Below, piece after piece: positions 51,499 to 64,000 of a stretch of 64,000 nt of DNA (the stretch's first letter is position 1; each line of letters starts with the position of its first letter). The stretch is from Takakia lepidozioides (lineage: Eukaryota > Plantae > Bryophyta): assembly GCA_030704615.1 (NCBI GenBank), contig CM060732.1:1550001-1614000 (forward strand), written 5' to 3'. Made by a program: the position numbers and the translations under genes. Below the pieces are notes generated by a model. The model had not been told where the DNA came from and made no database searches. It saw nothing but the letters and a program-made list of their open reading frames with translations.

Positions 51499-52453
51499 TG
51501 TTAGAGGGCTGTATGGGACTTGGACAGTTTTACGGGTTCTGTGGGGTACTCTTAATTTTGCGCAAACTTACGGATGGTAGACTCAGACCAACACAGGCCT
51601 TAGGGGTGGTAGACAGGCTTACATAGTCAGTCACAACCTTACACAGTTAGACACAGCCTGACACAGCCTAACGCAGTCAGTGACAGCCTGACACAGCCTG
51701 ACACAGCCTGACACAACCTAACACAGCCCGACACAGCCAGTCATAGCCCGACACAGCTTCACACAGCCAGTCACGGTCCGACACAGCTTGGCACAGCCCG
51801 TCACAGTGCTCACAGGGAACGGTTATCATTGGCAGGGAACGACTGTGTGGGAACGACATCTGCAGAGGGAATGTGCATTCTGACTTGGATGACATTAGTT
51901 AGTTAGGCGGTTAGAACAGCTTGCAGGTAGAATAGGCAGAGTAGCAACATGGAGGGAGGACTTATGAGATCACCTCTTGGACATCACTTGAGAAGATCAG
52001 GCGGATAGCATGATCTTGGAGCACAGGGATGGAGATTACACAAAGGAGGAGATACGACGAGATGATGCTTGATTCATGCAAGCTGTAGAGATGCACTGTA
52101 GAGCAGATTAGAGGCACCATGGCTTCGGCCTGATACATGATAGATATTAATATGATTCATATTCCATATTCACACCGTGTAGAGAGATATGAGTGAAGTT
52201 GTGGAATGGATGCTTGAGTAGATGGATCATGGTAGATTGCAGAAGCAATCTGATACTTAGTCATAGATAGTAAGGTAACATGTTAACATGAATGCGAGAA
52301 GGAATACAAATAGGAAGCACCCCCATGATACACTAGTTGTAGGTCATGACTGATTGTTCTGAGCGGGCTGAGTACTTAGAGATTTCCAACTCTTCTATCT
52401 TGGAGTTTCCACCTCGGATAGCTAAGGGATGGGTAAGTAAAAGCCGCTCGACA
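51499..52453 (+). repeat. 5' LTR of copy C (955 bp)
   Basis: TGTTAGAGGGCT...GCCGCTCGACA, with an ACACAGCC minisatellite at 51640-51805. Confidence 0.95.
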
Positions 52454-52455
52454 TT

Positions 52456-52473
52456 TGGCGACCATATTGGGGA
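52456..52473 (+). promoter_or_regulatory. Primer binding site TGGCGACCATATTGGGGA (tRNA-Arg-like)
   Basis: Begins 2 nt after the LTR end; one difference from the copy A PBS. Confidence 0.8.
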
Positions 52474-52516
52474 ACTGAGGCAAAAACAACCAGATGTGAC
52501 AGGATCTGGTGGGATC

Positions 52517-53063
52517 ATGGTGGATGGAAAATCAAGGAATGTGAATCAAATTCCCTGTGAAACTGAGAAAGAAAGATTGTCCAAACAATTCTTTCAGGGG
52601 TTCTTGGAATTGCCAGACGGTTGCAAGGAAAACATTCTTAAGAGAGTGCATGATGGTGATCCAAAGTGGGGTCTGGAGAAATGAATGATAAAGATTTATC
52701 AAGCGGCCTGTAGAGGGAGAACAAGTTGGTTACCAACACTGGTTTATGTGATAGCGTTGCTATCCATTAAACGAGTGGAGTTTGAAAGCTGGGAGGAACG
52801 GAAGGTGAATGTTTACACTCACATGCATGAAGAACTTGTACTGTTAAAGAATTGGATTCCTAAGGATATCTTGTGAATCAAACTTACACCAAGAACAGCT
52901 TTTCAGACGTGTTTGCCATATGGTTATATGGTAACGGAGCCTTCTAGTATAGACAAGGGTGCATTAAAGCTTGAAAGAAATCCAGGCATATACGAGAGAT
53001 ACTACAGAAGAGAGTTTTGGTTATTGCCTCATTAAAGATATTAAAGACATGGGACATGAGTGA
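52517..53063 (+). pseudogene. Extra ORF1 upstream of gag (copy C)
   Basis: MVDGKSRNVNQIPCETEKERL... Its two internal TGA codons are sense codons (GGA, TGG) in copy A. Confidence 0.65.
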
Positions 53064-56000
53064 TGAAATGGAAGCTAGACTCCACAGATATTCAGCGAAA
53101 ATGGAAAGTTATTTGAAAGTTAATTATCCACATCTCTGGGAGAGAGGAATAGACATAGGGGAATCATCTGGACCTCTCACACCATTAAGGCCAGAGAGTA
53201 CATCACCCGTACCGGAAGAACCAGAGTTGGATACCACTCCTTATTATTTACAAGAAAGATTAAGGAATTTGATACAAGAATAAGATCAGCCACGAGGGGA
53301 AAGATCTGAGGTACATCCCTGGGTTAAAGATTTGACAGAAATCTTTGATCAAAGTTGGCATGGAACACCAAAAGCAGGAACTCCAGTTTCTGAAGCACAA
53401 GACAAAGAAGGAGAGGAAGATGTGGCAGAGCCAATGGAGAGTTCAGACTCTCCAACACCATTGCAGCTGAGTTATATGAGTGAGGAAGAAGAAATCCAAG
53501 AGAAGAACTTGGAAGATGAAAACAGAGAGAAGAATTTGGAAGATGAAGAATATGAAGAAGTAGACCCAACAGTTGAGGTAGAGACTACAACCAGGACATC
53601 CCAACCTGCTAGACCTGGATCAAGTGGAGCACTTGGATCACAGGCCAACAAAGGTGTCGGCTCAGGGGGATCAGGCGGGCAGCTTGGATCTGGCTCTGGG
53701 GGGACAGGGAGTGTGGGAAGTAGTGCAACTGAAGCTGGGAATACTGCAAGTACAAGGGGGCCAGTAGCAGGGAGTGCTCAGGGGCCAACACCATGTGGGA
53801 GTTTTACAGGAGGACCAGCACCTGTCAAAGGGCAGGGTGTAGGGCCACAGATGGCGGTACCTCCAACACAAGCAAAACCACATTTTCCAATATATGCAGG
53901 AAAAAAGGATCCTGATGTACACATCAGCCAATTTGAGCACATGTGTATTGTGAACAATGAGAATGGCGATGATGCCAAAATGAGACTGTTTCCTTGTTCA
54001 CTTATCAAGAAAGCGAGTGAATGGTATGCAAGGTTTCCTAATAATCATTTCCTAACCTGGAATGGCCTTAGTACAGCATTCCGAAACAGATTCAGGACAA
54101 GCAAAACTGAGGATGAAGTGTATGGGAGTTTACAACAGTTAAGGCAAAAGAAGCATGAAATTGTTGAAGAATATATGGAGAAAATAGAGTTAATGATGAA
54201 AAAGCTGGCTGATGTATTAGCACCAGGATTACAGAAGACTTGGTTTGTGAGTGGACTAAGACCTGAATTACAAAAGAAAGTGGATATGCTACCTCATAAT
54301 AGAGTGGAGGAGGCATTCGAAACAGCCAACAAAATTGAGCAATTGGGAATGCTCAGGAGAGATAAAAGGTAAGATGATGACTCTGAAGATGAGTCAGATG
54401 AGGAAGAAGAGCAAGAGCTCAGGAGGAAGAGCAAGAAGAAGGAAAAGTTGAAGAGGGATAACTATGAGAAAAGAGTAGAAGAAATCTTGAAAAAATACGC
54501 CACAGAGGCTGCAACACATTGGAGGAAGGGTATTTGGTGTGCAAAGTGCCAAAATGAAAACCATACCACAGCTGAATGCCACATTAAGGAGAAACACTGT
54601 ACTATCTGTAAAATGGATAACCATTCTACTAAGAATTGTTATTACAATAGAAGGACAGCTACAAGAGAACTTAGGCAAGTGAGGGAGCATCATGTGCAAC
54701 CCCGGCCAAGAAGAAACAATGACCAGGACCACTATGGTAGGCCTGGTGGATATAACAATGGTATGGCAGGAAGAGGTAATCCAAGAGGGAATTACCAAGG
54801 CAATCCTAGAGGCAACTATCAGGGTAATCCAAGGGGAAATTACCAGCCAGGGAATCAGGATTATAGAAATAATCCCAGAATAGACCAAGGGCGAGGACCC
54901 AATGGTGAAGAATTGTGTTACTATTGCAACCAGGCAGGACATCGCAAAGCAGCCTGTCCATTCTGGATCAGACACCAGAATGGGATGAGAGCTCATGCGA
55001 ATGAAGACCCAGTAGTGGCAGCTCACATGGTTATGCCATGTTTTGTACCAGAAGTAAGTACAATAATAGTTACCAGAAGCAAAGCTAAACTATTACCTCC
55101 AGTGGATGAGGAAGAAGATGTTAATGAAGATGGCAGTGATGTGCCTGAAGATGATGAGGCTTGGAGAGATGAGAAAGAACTGCACAAGGAAGTGGCTGAT
55201 ACCATAAGGGAAATGCAGAAGGATACTGATATCCCTAAGGCAGATTCTTCTGATTCTGAAAGAAGAGATGAAGAAGGTGAAGATGAAGTGAAGAAAGAGG
55301 CTTCATAGGTGCAGGATAATGAAGGGGCTTTGGCTGAAGTAATATGCCAGTCCAAGGCTGAGATTACAATTGGGCAGCTATTGGCTGTAGCACCCCATTG
55401 TAGACACAGGCTGTATCAAGCAATCAATCAGATTGCTCGTGTGACAGAGAACATAGACCTGAACAGCAAGGTGACAAGTTATAATGTGAAGCGTGAAGGA
55501 CGAGAAACAGTCATGGACTTTGATGATTCCATGCCAGTAATCCAATTGAGAATTGGAAACACATACTTGACTGATGTACTGATAGATGGAGGCTCAGGAG
55601 TGAATATTATGACAGACCAGTTAAGACAGAAGCTTGGTCTAAGTAACATGAAACCAGCCCCATTCACAGTAACAATGGCAAATCAAAGGAGTGTACAGCC
55701 ATTAGGCTTGATAAGAGGAGTAAAGATACAGATTCAAACGATGATCTTTAAGATCACTATGACTGTATTGAAAATGGATGATGTCATGGAAGCTTACTCT
55801 TTATTGTTGGGTCGACCATGGCTGAAACATGCCAGGGTATTCCATGACTGGAATTCCCAATTACTGACTGTGCATGATGGGAAGCACAAGATACAGATCA
55901 CCACTAAGAAATCTGGTAGGCTACCTGCTACACGGAGACCTCGTGGAGTCAGAGAGTATGACTGGAGGGGAGGACTTGATGAGGAGCAGGAAGCTACTCT

Positions 56001-59000
56001 GTTTGCTGCACACCCAGAGTGGGAGCACGTTGCAGAAATGCAACTGGGAGGCCTGAGTTGCTTTAAAGGTATATGCTGTGATGCAGTAACATCAACACCA
56101 ATTGAGGGGGAAACAAGTAGTTACCCACCACATTTCTATGAAGAAAGAGAGGGAGAAATAGAAATCCTAGAGGAACCAGCCACTGTGAGTTTACAGGATG
56201 AAGTAGTGGCTGGATGACAATCACAGCTGAAGAGCAGGTGAGAGAAGTGAATGTGGGAACTGAGGAAGAACCAAGAATGGTGAAAGTTGGGGCTGATTTG
56301 GAGCCAGAATTCTTTGAGGAAGTTAGGAGCATGTTTATCAAATACAAAGATGTATTTGCTTGGAGCTATGAAGATCTGAAAGGGATACCACCTGAGATCT
56401 GCCAGCATAAGATTGAACTGGAACCAGGGTCAGTACCAATCAGACAGGCAAGGTACAAGATGAATCCCAACTATGCACAGAAGGTTGGGGAAGAGATTAA
56501 GAAGTTGGCTGAGGCTAAGTTCATATACCCGATAGAGTATACAACTTGGCTATCATCCATTGTGATAGTTCCCAAGAAGAATGGCAAATTGAGAGTTTGT
56601 GTGAACTATAAGAAGTTGAATGATTGTACAAAGAAATATCCATTTCCTTTGTCATTCACTGTACTGGACATTGTGGCAGGCCATGAGATGTACTCATTCA
56701 TGGATGGCTTCAGTGGGTATAACCAAGTACAAGTAGCTGAAGAAGACCAGGGGAAGACTGCTTTCATTACTGACTAGGGTGCTTATGCATACAAAGTCAT
56801 GTCTTTTGGACTTTGTAATGCACCAGCAACTTTCCAGATAGTGATATCTTTCCATGAGTATTTGGATGATTTCATGCAAGTGTTCTTAGATGACTTCAGT
56901 GTGTACAGCTCTAAGAATGAGCACTTGCAGAAGTTGGAATTATGTTTGGCCAGATGCAGGATGAGAGGTCATGGTCTGAATCAAAAAAAGTGTACTTTGA
57001 GCAGAGGTTAGTGCAATTTTGAGCTTCTCAAAGGCAGATGTTTCTGCAGTACTCCACACAAATAAGCGAGTGAGTGGAGCAGCAAGCTTGGCAAATTGAA
57101 AAATGAAGCGACGATAGTAAGAGCCCAAGCCCAAGAAGGCCTTAACACATGTTTTATCTCTAGGGGTTGGATAGTTCCACACAGCCTGGATCTTATTTGG
57201 GTCAGGACTGATGCCAGCAGCAGAAAGGTGAACTCAGGGGTACTTCAGGGACACATTGTGTGTAAGAGGGGACTGCTTGTGGATCCTAGAAAGACTGAGG
57301 CCATTAAAGCATCCCCACCACCAGTAAATGTTAAGGCTCTAAGGAGATTCCTTGGACAAACCAGCTATTACATAAGGTTTGTCAGACGGTATGCACAGAT
57401 GGCAGCACCATTGAGCAAGTTTTTGAAGAAGGATGTAGTGTTTGCATGGACAGCTGAATGTCAACAGGCTTTTGAGGAACTTACATTGTCAGTAACAACT
57501 ACACCTGTACTGATTAACCCTCACTAGCATGTGGTACACTGTGATGCCTCAGGAAAAGCATTGGGGGCTGTGTTAGCCCAAAATATCACAAAAACATAGA
57601 TTCACCTGTGTACTATGCTAGCAGATTATTAAACAGTGCTGAGATGAGCTATAGCACTACTGAATGAGAAGTTTTGGCAATGATCTATGCAGTCAAGAAA
57701 TTCAGGCATTATCTACTTGGAAGGAAGTTTATGTTTTATGTGGATCATCAGGCTTTGATTTATCTGATGAACAAGCCTTTGATAAATGGCAGGATATCAA
57801 GATGGTTGATTATCTTGCACAAGTTCGAATTCGAAGTTGTTTACAAGCTTGGACGTTTGCATCTTGTGGCAGATCACTTGTCACGCCTTTCAACAGGAGA
57901 ACCTGCCACAAAAGTAGACGATCAACTGCCTGATGCGAGTTTATTTGCAGTGGAAGTGCCGGGAGCAGATCATGATTGGTTAGATTGGCAGTGGCCAATC
58001 ATATACTCATGGACAGTGCCCACCCAGTTATGGGAAGGAGCAGAGGAAAAGAATAGCTATCAAGGCATTACCATACACTATGATAGGTGGAAGATTGTAT
58101 AAGCTAGGACCTGATGGAGTTCTTAAACGATGCTTGTACCACCATGAGGTAAATAAAGTTTTGGAAGAAGTTCATAAGGGAATGGCTGGAGGTCATTTTG
58201 GAGAAGAGACTACTAGTAGGAAATATTACTTGTAGGTTATTGGTGGCCTACTACTTGTTTAGAGATGTACACAAATATTGCAAGAGTTGTGATGAGTTTC
58301 AGATGCTAGGACCTTTGCAAAGATCTGGGAAGATGGCTTTGTATCCTACGATGCCTACTGAACCATTCCAAAAATGGGGATTAGACTTTGTTAGACCAAT
58401 TAATCCACCAGCCAAGAATACATATAACAAGTACATAATCACAGCCATTGATTATACCACAAAATAGGTGGAAGCTAAGGCTCTGAGGGACAACACAGCT
58501 AAGTCCACAGTAAGGTTCCTAGATGAGAACATTCTCACAAGATTTGGTTGTCCCCTGGAATTTATCAATGACCAGGGAAGTCATTCCATTAACGAGACCA
58601 TTGAACTGTTGACTAAGGAGTTCATGATTGTGCACAGGAAGAGTACAACATATTACCCACAGGGCAATGGGCAGGCAGAGGCCACCAACAAAATACTATA
58701 CACTATCTTGGCTAAGATAGTCAATGCGAACAGGACAGACTGGGATACAAAGTTGTTGACAGCTTTGTGGTCATACAGGACTTCATACAAAGTCATCACC
58801 AAGTATACACCATTCCAATTAGTTTATGGTATGGATGCTTTACTTCCAGTGGAATTCTTATTACCCTACCATGAGAACTGAATGGGGGAGGAGAATGGAA
58901 TTGGAGGATTCAATTAAAGTAAGGAAACATGAACTATATCATGTGGAAGAAGTACGTGCTGATGCAACAGATAACATGACCAGAATTCAGATGAAGAGGA

Positions 59001-59340
59001 TGGATCAGTTTGATGAAGGTAAATTGAAAACTTTTAAGACAGGTGATTGGGTACTGTGGTTGCAGAAGAAGAGAAAGATTAAAGTTTCTAAGCTTAAATC
59101 ACCATGGAAAGGACTTTATGTCATACAGAAGATGTATGATAACAACACAGCTCTATTACAAACCATTAACAAATAGATGCTTGGTAGAGTCAATGCCAAT
59201 AAGTTGAAGGGATACAGTGGTATCCATGATAGACCATTGCAGCATGATTTGCATCTTGAAACACAGATGCAGTCACAGACTACACCGGTGGCACCAGCGG
59301 AGCATGAAGCACTTGTCATAAAGCCGAATGTGTATGGCCA
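53056..59340 (+). pseudogene. Decayed gag-pol of copy C
   Basis: Gag (DPDVHISQFEHMC...LFPCSLIKKASEWY), three CCHC knuckles, PR, RT, RH and INT motifs across ORFs 53017..59176. Confidence 0.95.
56999..57227 (-). mobile_element. Inverted filler fragment from a different Gypsy lineage (RT thumb/connection)
   Basis: Minus strand SPDPNKIQAVWNYPTPRDKTCVKAFLGLGSYYRRFIFQFAKLAAPLTRL..FVWSTAETSAFEKLKIALTSA, inserted within host KCTF/VNSG. Confidence 0.85.
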
Positions 59341-61066
59341 TGACGAGCCCTAAGCGCGCGCGGTTAGGGTGACGGTATAGTAGTCTAGAGGAGCCGAGGT
59401 AAGTTGCAGTGTAGGTTGGGCTCACTGAACCGCCTACCCGACTGCGGTTAGTGCAGGGGGTCCGTGGTCGTACATGGTGGCTATGATCACTATCTAAGTC
59501 CTACCGGCAAAGAGAAATCACGTACTCCTCTTCACAGGGCGAGTTTGCGTTTCTAAGTCCTACGGTATCCTACAGTCTACTTAGTAATTGCCTTCCAAGT
59601 CTTTGTGTTTTATTGTCTAATTCCTACCGCCTAGGCCCCCGAGCCGCCTTTAGTCGGGACATGTTTTAATCCCTTCACAAGGCACCTGCCGAGCCTAGAG
59701 AGGAGAGGGAAAATCGTCCTCTCCCACTGCCCCTCCTTCGCCGAGGGCTTGAGTTCAAGTTCTAAGTGGAAGGGCCAACGCTTCCTACCCCAGTGCCTAA
59801 ATATTTGTTATAGCAACGGAGTGGCCAAAATGCCTATCGTCATCCAATAGGTTCAACCAATTCAATAAGGTGGTTCTAAGCCCCTCAACTCAACAAGTTC
59901 AATCAGTTTAATCAACGCCCTGCAGGCTATAACGAGCACTACGTGCATCTATCATATTTAAGCAATTTTGCAAATCAGAAATGCTGGAAAATAAAAGAAA
60001 TTAAGAAAATCAGAAAAAATACCTCCCCTATGGGAAATCATGTGGGGAATCCAAAGATACCCTTGGTGCCTAAAGATGCCCTTGGGAACCCTATGGGAAC
60101 CCAATGAGAACCGAGGACCACCTGGGAACTGTTCCCTGCCGCGGGGAACTGCCGCGGCCTTATCAGATGAATGAATCTCGCTGAGAACTCATCTCTGCCA
60201 CTACATTTGTTAGTCCAGAACATGCATGCGTAAATAATAAAATAACCACTGGTGGGTCCAAGCCAGATTTCACCCCCTTACATTATTTTAAGGCACTAGT
60301 GCGCTTTCCCTCCGTGAAAAAAATCATCCTCTACCTTGGGCTCTGACACAAAGGCTCACTGTAGCCGAGTTTTTAGGACAGAGTACTTTCTCTCCTCCCT
60401 TGTCTCTTGAGGTCTCCGCCTCTAGCTCACTACCCTAGGCCCGCTTGGCTCCCTCTTGGGGTCCTAAGAACACTCCCCTCCAAGGCTACGTCCTCCCAAA
60501 ATCCTAGATTTTATCTACCACTGGCGCCTTAGATAATGGCTCCTAACCCTTAGAGGGGTATAAATTGAATCTAATAGCTAAAGGTAAGAATACCCCCCTT
60601 TAAGGGAATTTGCAGACGCATTGCCCGCTGGGTAAAACGCCCCCGCCACGTGGCGGGGCACAGATCCGCGCGTAGCGGTCCAAATCGTGGACCGCTGCGG
60701 TTAACGCCAGCGTTCGCCGATCCATCTCAACTTTTGATTATCCAGCGGGTAAAGACCCGCGCCTTGCTCACACGCTTCAGGGCCTCACGCTTGTGCCACG
60801 CGGCTGATGTATTTGATCTCAGTACGACTTAAGGTCAGCGCTGGGGCCCCGCACCCATACGTCGTGGCTAGACCACGGCTGCCTCCACGCTTTTAGTAAT
60901 CGAGTCCTTACTCTCTAGGCGCAGCACCCGGGCTCCTCTCGGGCTGCTCGCGACTTTGGGATAGCTGCTGTCAAGCGAAATTAGCCCGCCCAACCCCAAG
61001 ACAAAAAATACAATCCACCCTCCCCTAGGCCTCCATGGCTTGCTAGTGGGGGGGGGGGGGGGGGGG
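59341..61066. mobile_element. Unrelated insertion interrupting copy C, possibly the LTR or non-coding part of another retrotransposon
   Basis: Abrupt switch from CpG-depleted to CpG-rich sequence starting TGACGAGCCC. G-run at 61047-61066. No coding motifs; the right boundary is uncertain. Confidence 0.4.
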
Positions 61067-64000
61067 ATTAGCACATAGAGGCCTTATAGTGGCCTTATAT
61101 CATAGATCCAACCTACTGGCCTGCTTTGCCAGAGCTGGCTATATTTCAAATTAGTAATCAAATACAAAGATTCATTCTTCCAACAATTCAAATACAAGCC
61201 TCTATTGGTGCCCTTACCAATAGACTATGGGGGTCTTCCCCCTTGTCACTTCTAGACATGAAATAATGGGACTCCACAATGCACTCTCTTCTTTTGAAGA
61301 GTCTAAATCAGATTTTCAACTTCAAGCTTTGCTTGGAAAATAAATGAATCACATACACAAATGGTCAAATGGTAAGATGGGATCAACCTTTCTATGCGAG
61401 AGTGCTTGGGAAGCTCTATCAACTCAAGTAATGGTACTCTATGCGGCCTTCACTTGGGCTCTCGTCCATAAGTCCATACCAGCCCCTCGTACTCGTCCTC
61501 AAGTCACTTTCATCCACATGAAATTGCCGTCTTCCTTCACAAATGAAAATGGCTCAAAGGCCCACAAGCTAGGCCACTTGCCTTAGCTTACAAGAATCAT
61601 ACCTAACTATGGAGCTTCAAGCTCCACTCCCTAGGATCTAGCCCCTCCTCAAGCCAAAAGCTAGCAAGCACTACAACAACAAGCAAGAGGAAACTAAGCA
61701 AATGAGCTAGATGAGAATAATAGAAGCCTTGTCCCCTCTTTTCTACTGTTGTTGTGCCTAATAGTTTAAGGGAAAATATTTATTAAACTATTATTTCCTA
61801 GAAGGATCTATAATATACTATTCCATATGGATGAAAAGTCTTAGAGGCAAATGAAAGTTGTCTTTCATCCATCCAGCTCCTCAAGACGAATTCCAGGATT
61901 TTTCATCTATCCAAGAAGTAGAAATGCAAATAATAGGCCTTGTGAGTGCCGTCGACTCAATAATTTGGCCCCACTGCTAATCAGCTCCATAAATCACCAA
62001 ACTTGGTGACAAACTACAATTATATACCCCGTATCAGACTGTAAATTCTCATCTCCATCGTTGGTAAAAAGTTGCGCTTCTCGCCATTCGTCGTATTTTC
62101 GCTACACACATATTTTGTGGTATATTTGGAAATCAATCCCTGGTGATGGCTCTGGGTCTTTGACCCTGCCACTGAGTCATAGGTTGTCCGGAGTCCCCTC
62201 CAGTTGTCCCGCACCACTAACAAGTCCACACTTTGCCGTTGAAGTCGCCCTGACCTGCTGTCATTCCGATGCGGCCAATTGCTTTGTTGCGATATTTCAT
62301 CGCTATACATGTCGTTTCCACCAATTGCCAAGCTCCTCACCGTGTGTTCCTACTGGACTTGAAAGGCGGGAAAAAAGAGAGATCGCAATCTGGGACTTGA
62401 ACAGTCGTCCTGTATTGTTTGAACAGGATTAACTCGTCGTTTCTAGTACCGAATTGGCAGCCTAATATGCTGTCGATGCAGCTTCCTACGGTCATCTTAA
62501 CGCCAGAGTTCCACTCCATGGTCGTCGCAAAACACTGTCTAATTTCCTACGTGCTTTACCAACGATTTCCAGACAACTAACAAACTAACCTGTTTTGGCA
62601 GTACAATGCCGAAACCGCTTGTCTTATGATAAAAAACGAGCTGAAAAGAAAAGTGTACCAATATATGCATCTACATATATGGCGACCAATGGGGAACACT
62701 CGTCCCGAGTGTAAGAGAATCCATGATCTCTGGTTCGTAAAAATCCCCCTACTAAAGTATCCCTGATATCCCTTGGAGTCAACGACTCCCTTGAGTAAAG
62801 ATAAGACTAATTCCCCTCAGGTTCTTCCTCCTCGGAGAGAGTTCGAGTCTTCCGGGAGAGAGGAGGAAATAAAAAACAAAGCCAAAAAAATGTTTCAAAA
62901 CCACCCAGCTCGCCCTCTCCGGAGAGAGTTGGAGTTCCCAGCTAAAAAATACTCTAAAACCGCCATCCTCCCCCACCGGACTGGGTTCGAATCCCCTAGA
63001 TGATGTAAGAGAGATATGCGCGGTGCAAATTGATAATTCTACTCTAAAATAGCCTTGGAATGACTTTGGTTCTACCCTACTTGACATGGCTTGCAGGGAC
63101 CTCTCATGGATGTGCACAGCCCGTGATAAATCGATCACTGTGAACTACGACCTCGACTCGAATCCGGAAGGGTCTAGAAGCTCCTAAACAAGATGCTTCT
63201 GGGAGTCTCAATTCTTGGCTCCCACAACAACAGAAAAGATTGGATACCCGAGGACCCTACCCATGAAATAAACGCACCATTCCTAACTACAATCTAACTT
63301 GATTCATGACTCGCAGGGACCTCTCATGGATTTCGCAGAGCTCATGATGAAATTCTTGACCTAAGAAACGATTGGATCCATTCTGCACCTCAGAGGACCA
63401 TACTCTGGAACAATGTAACATTCTATCTAAAAAGGTCACAGACCCTTATGGGTTTTCCTATGCCTGACGCCCTTCACTCATGTGAGGGGAGCAGCAACCA
63501 CTGCTCTACAAGTCACCTTTTACCCCCTCACCGCTTTTGACTTTTCTCTCTCTACGAGGAATGTTGCAGCGGGGTAAGGTGAAAATAACAAAAGGTTTAA
63601 GGTTAAGAATCCCCGTGCGGGAAGTCGTTGTGCTCCATGCAGGAAGCATCAGTATACTGCAGAATGCTTGATACATCAAGCATTGACTTTTTCTCGAGAT
63701 ATGCTTTGAGCAGACACAGATAGACTTTGTGATAAAAAAAACAAATGATGATCGACAGTGTGCATTGAACAAGAGTGCATATATTAGCCAACCCATTGTT
63801 CTCATTCCTGCACCTGTGGTTCTCCACAGAAGAAAAGAAACTCACAACACGTGATTAGTAACGAAGATGTATGAAGTCTTCTACTTGGCAATTGGATGGT
63901 CATAGCTTTCATAGCTTATGCCATATCAGACGGATTCTAATTCTACAAGGTGGATTAGATTACTGCACGCTATGTGCCCCGCATCCCAAGGCCTGTCCTT

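Larger units (their letters stand above)
51499..59340 (+). mobile_element. Gypsy copy C: 5' LTR, PBS, ORF1, gag-pol; interrupted after integrase
   Basis: Colinear with copy A. Left flank gaagt is the expected TSD. Homology to copy A ends at ...tgtatggcc (59339). Confidence 0.95.

Noticed and set aside
52346-52516. ORF-track start MTDCSERAE... for ORF1
   Set aside because: It begins inside the LTR and crosses the PBS. The ATG at 52517 is the more plausible start.
56205-56225. Apparent programmed frameshift or stop between the protease region and RT (stop at the same place in copies B and C)
   Set aside because: Copy A reads through in frame (GGA TGG ACA). B has TGG>TAA and C has a 1-nt deletion, so these are independent decay events in a single gag-pol ORF.
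62020-62519. Minus-strand ORFs as a gene or viral relic
   Set aside because: No recognisable motif and stops in all frames; cannot be supported without a search.
62770-63000. tRNA gene suggested by GGTTCGAATCCC and related words
   Set aside because: No A box at the proper distance and no cloverleaf could be built. At most this is degenerate repeat sequence.

Overview
Eukaryotic nuclear DNA from a land plant, probably a non-seed plant (inference from the PLS/DYW-PPR relics, the TE types and a TE-type C5-methyltransferase). The only clearly intact host gene is a cytosolic ascorbate peroxidase (minus strand, 10 coding exons, 250 aa, 39546-43299). The rest is repeat-rich. (1) Three decayed copies of one non-chromovirus Ty3/Gypsy family, with ~0.85-0.95 kb LTRs, a tRNA-Arg-like PBS, an extra ORF before gag, three CCHC knuckles and a long coiled-coil extra ORF before the 3' LTR. 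Two copies are nested (TSD ATTCC), and their halves now point in opposite directions, which records a rearrangement. (2) Two scrambled PLS-class PPR pseudogene clusters, one with E and truncated DYW domains. (3) An intronless, non-permuted cytosine-5 DNA methyltransferase relic of the retrotransposon-borne type. (4) A CACTA element with divergently oriented TnpD- and TnpA-like remnants and a captured PORR-domain fragment. (5) A non-autonomous hAT-like element, two tRNA-derived SINEs, a foldback hairpin, tandem duplications and a captured intron-containing TPR gene fragment. All calls were made by eye from the sequence and ORF track; no searches were run.
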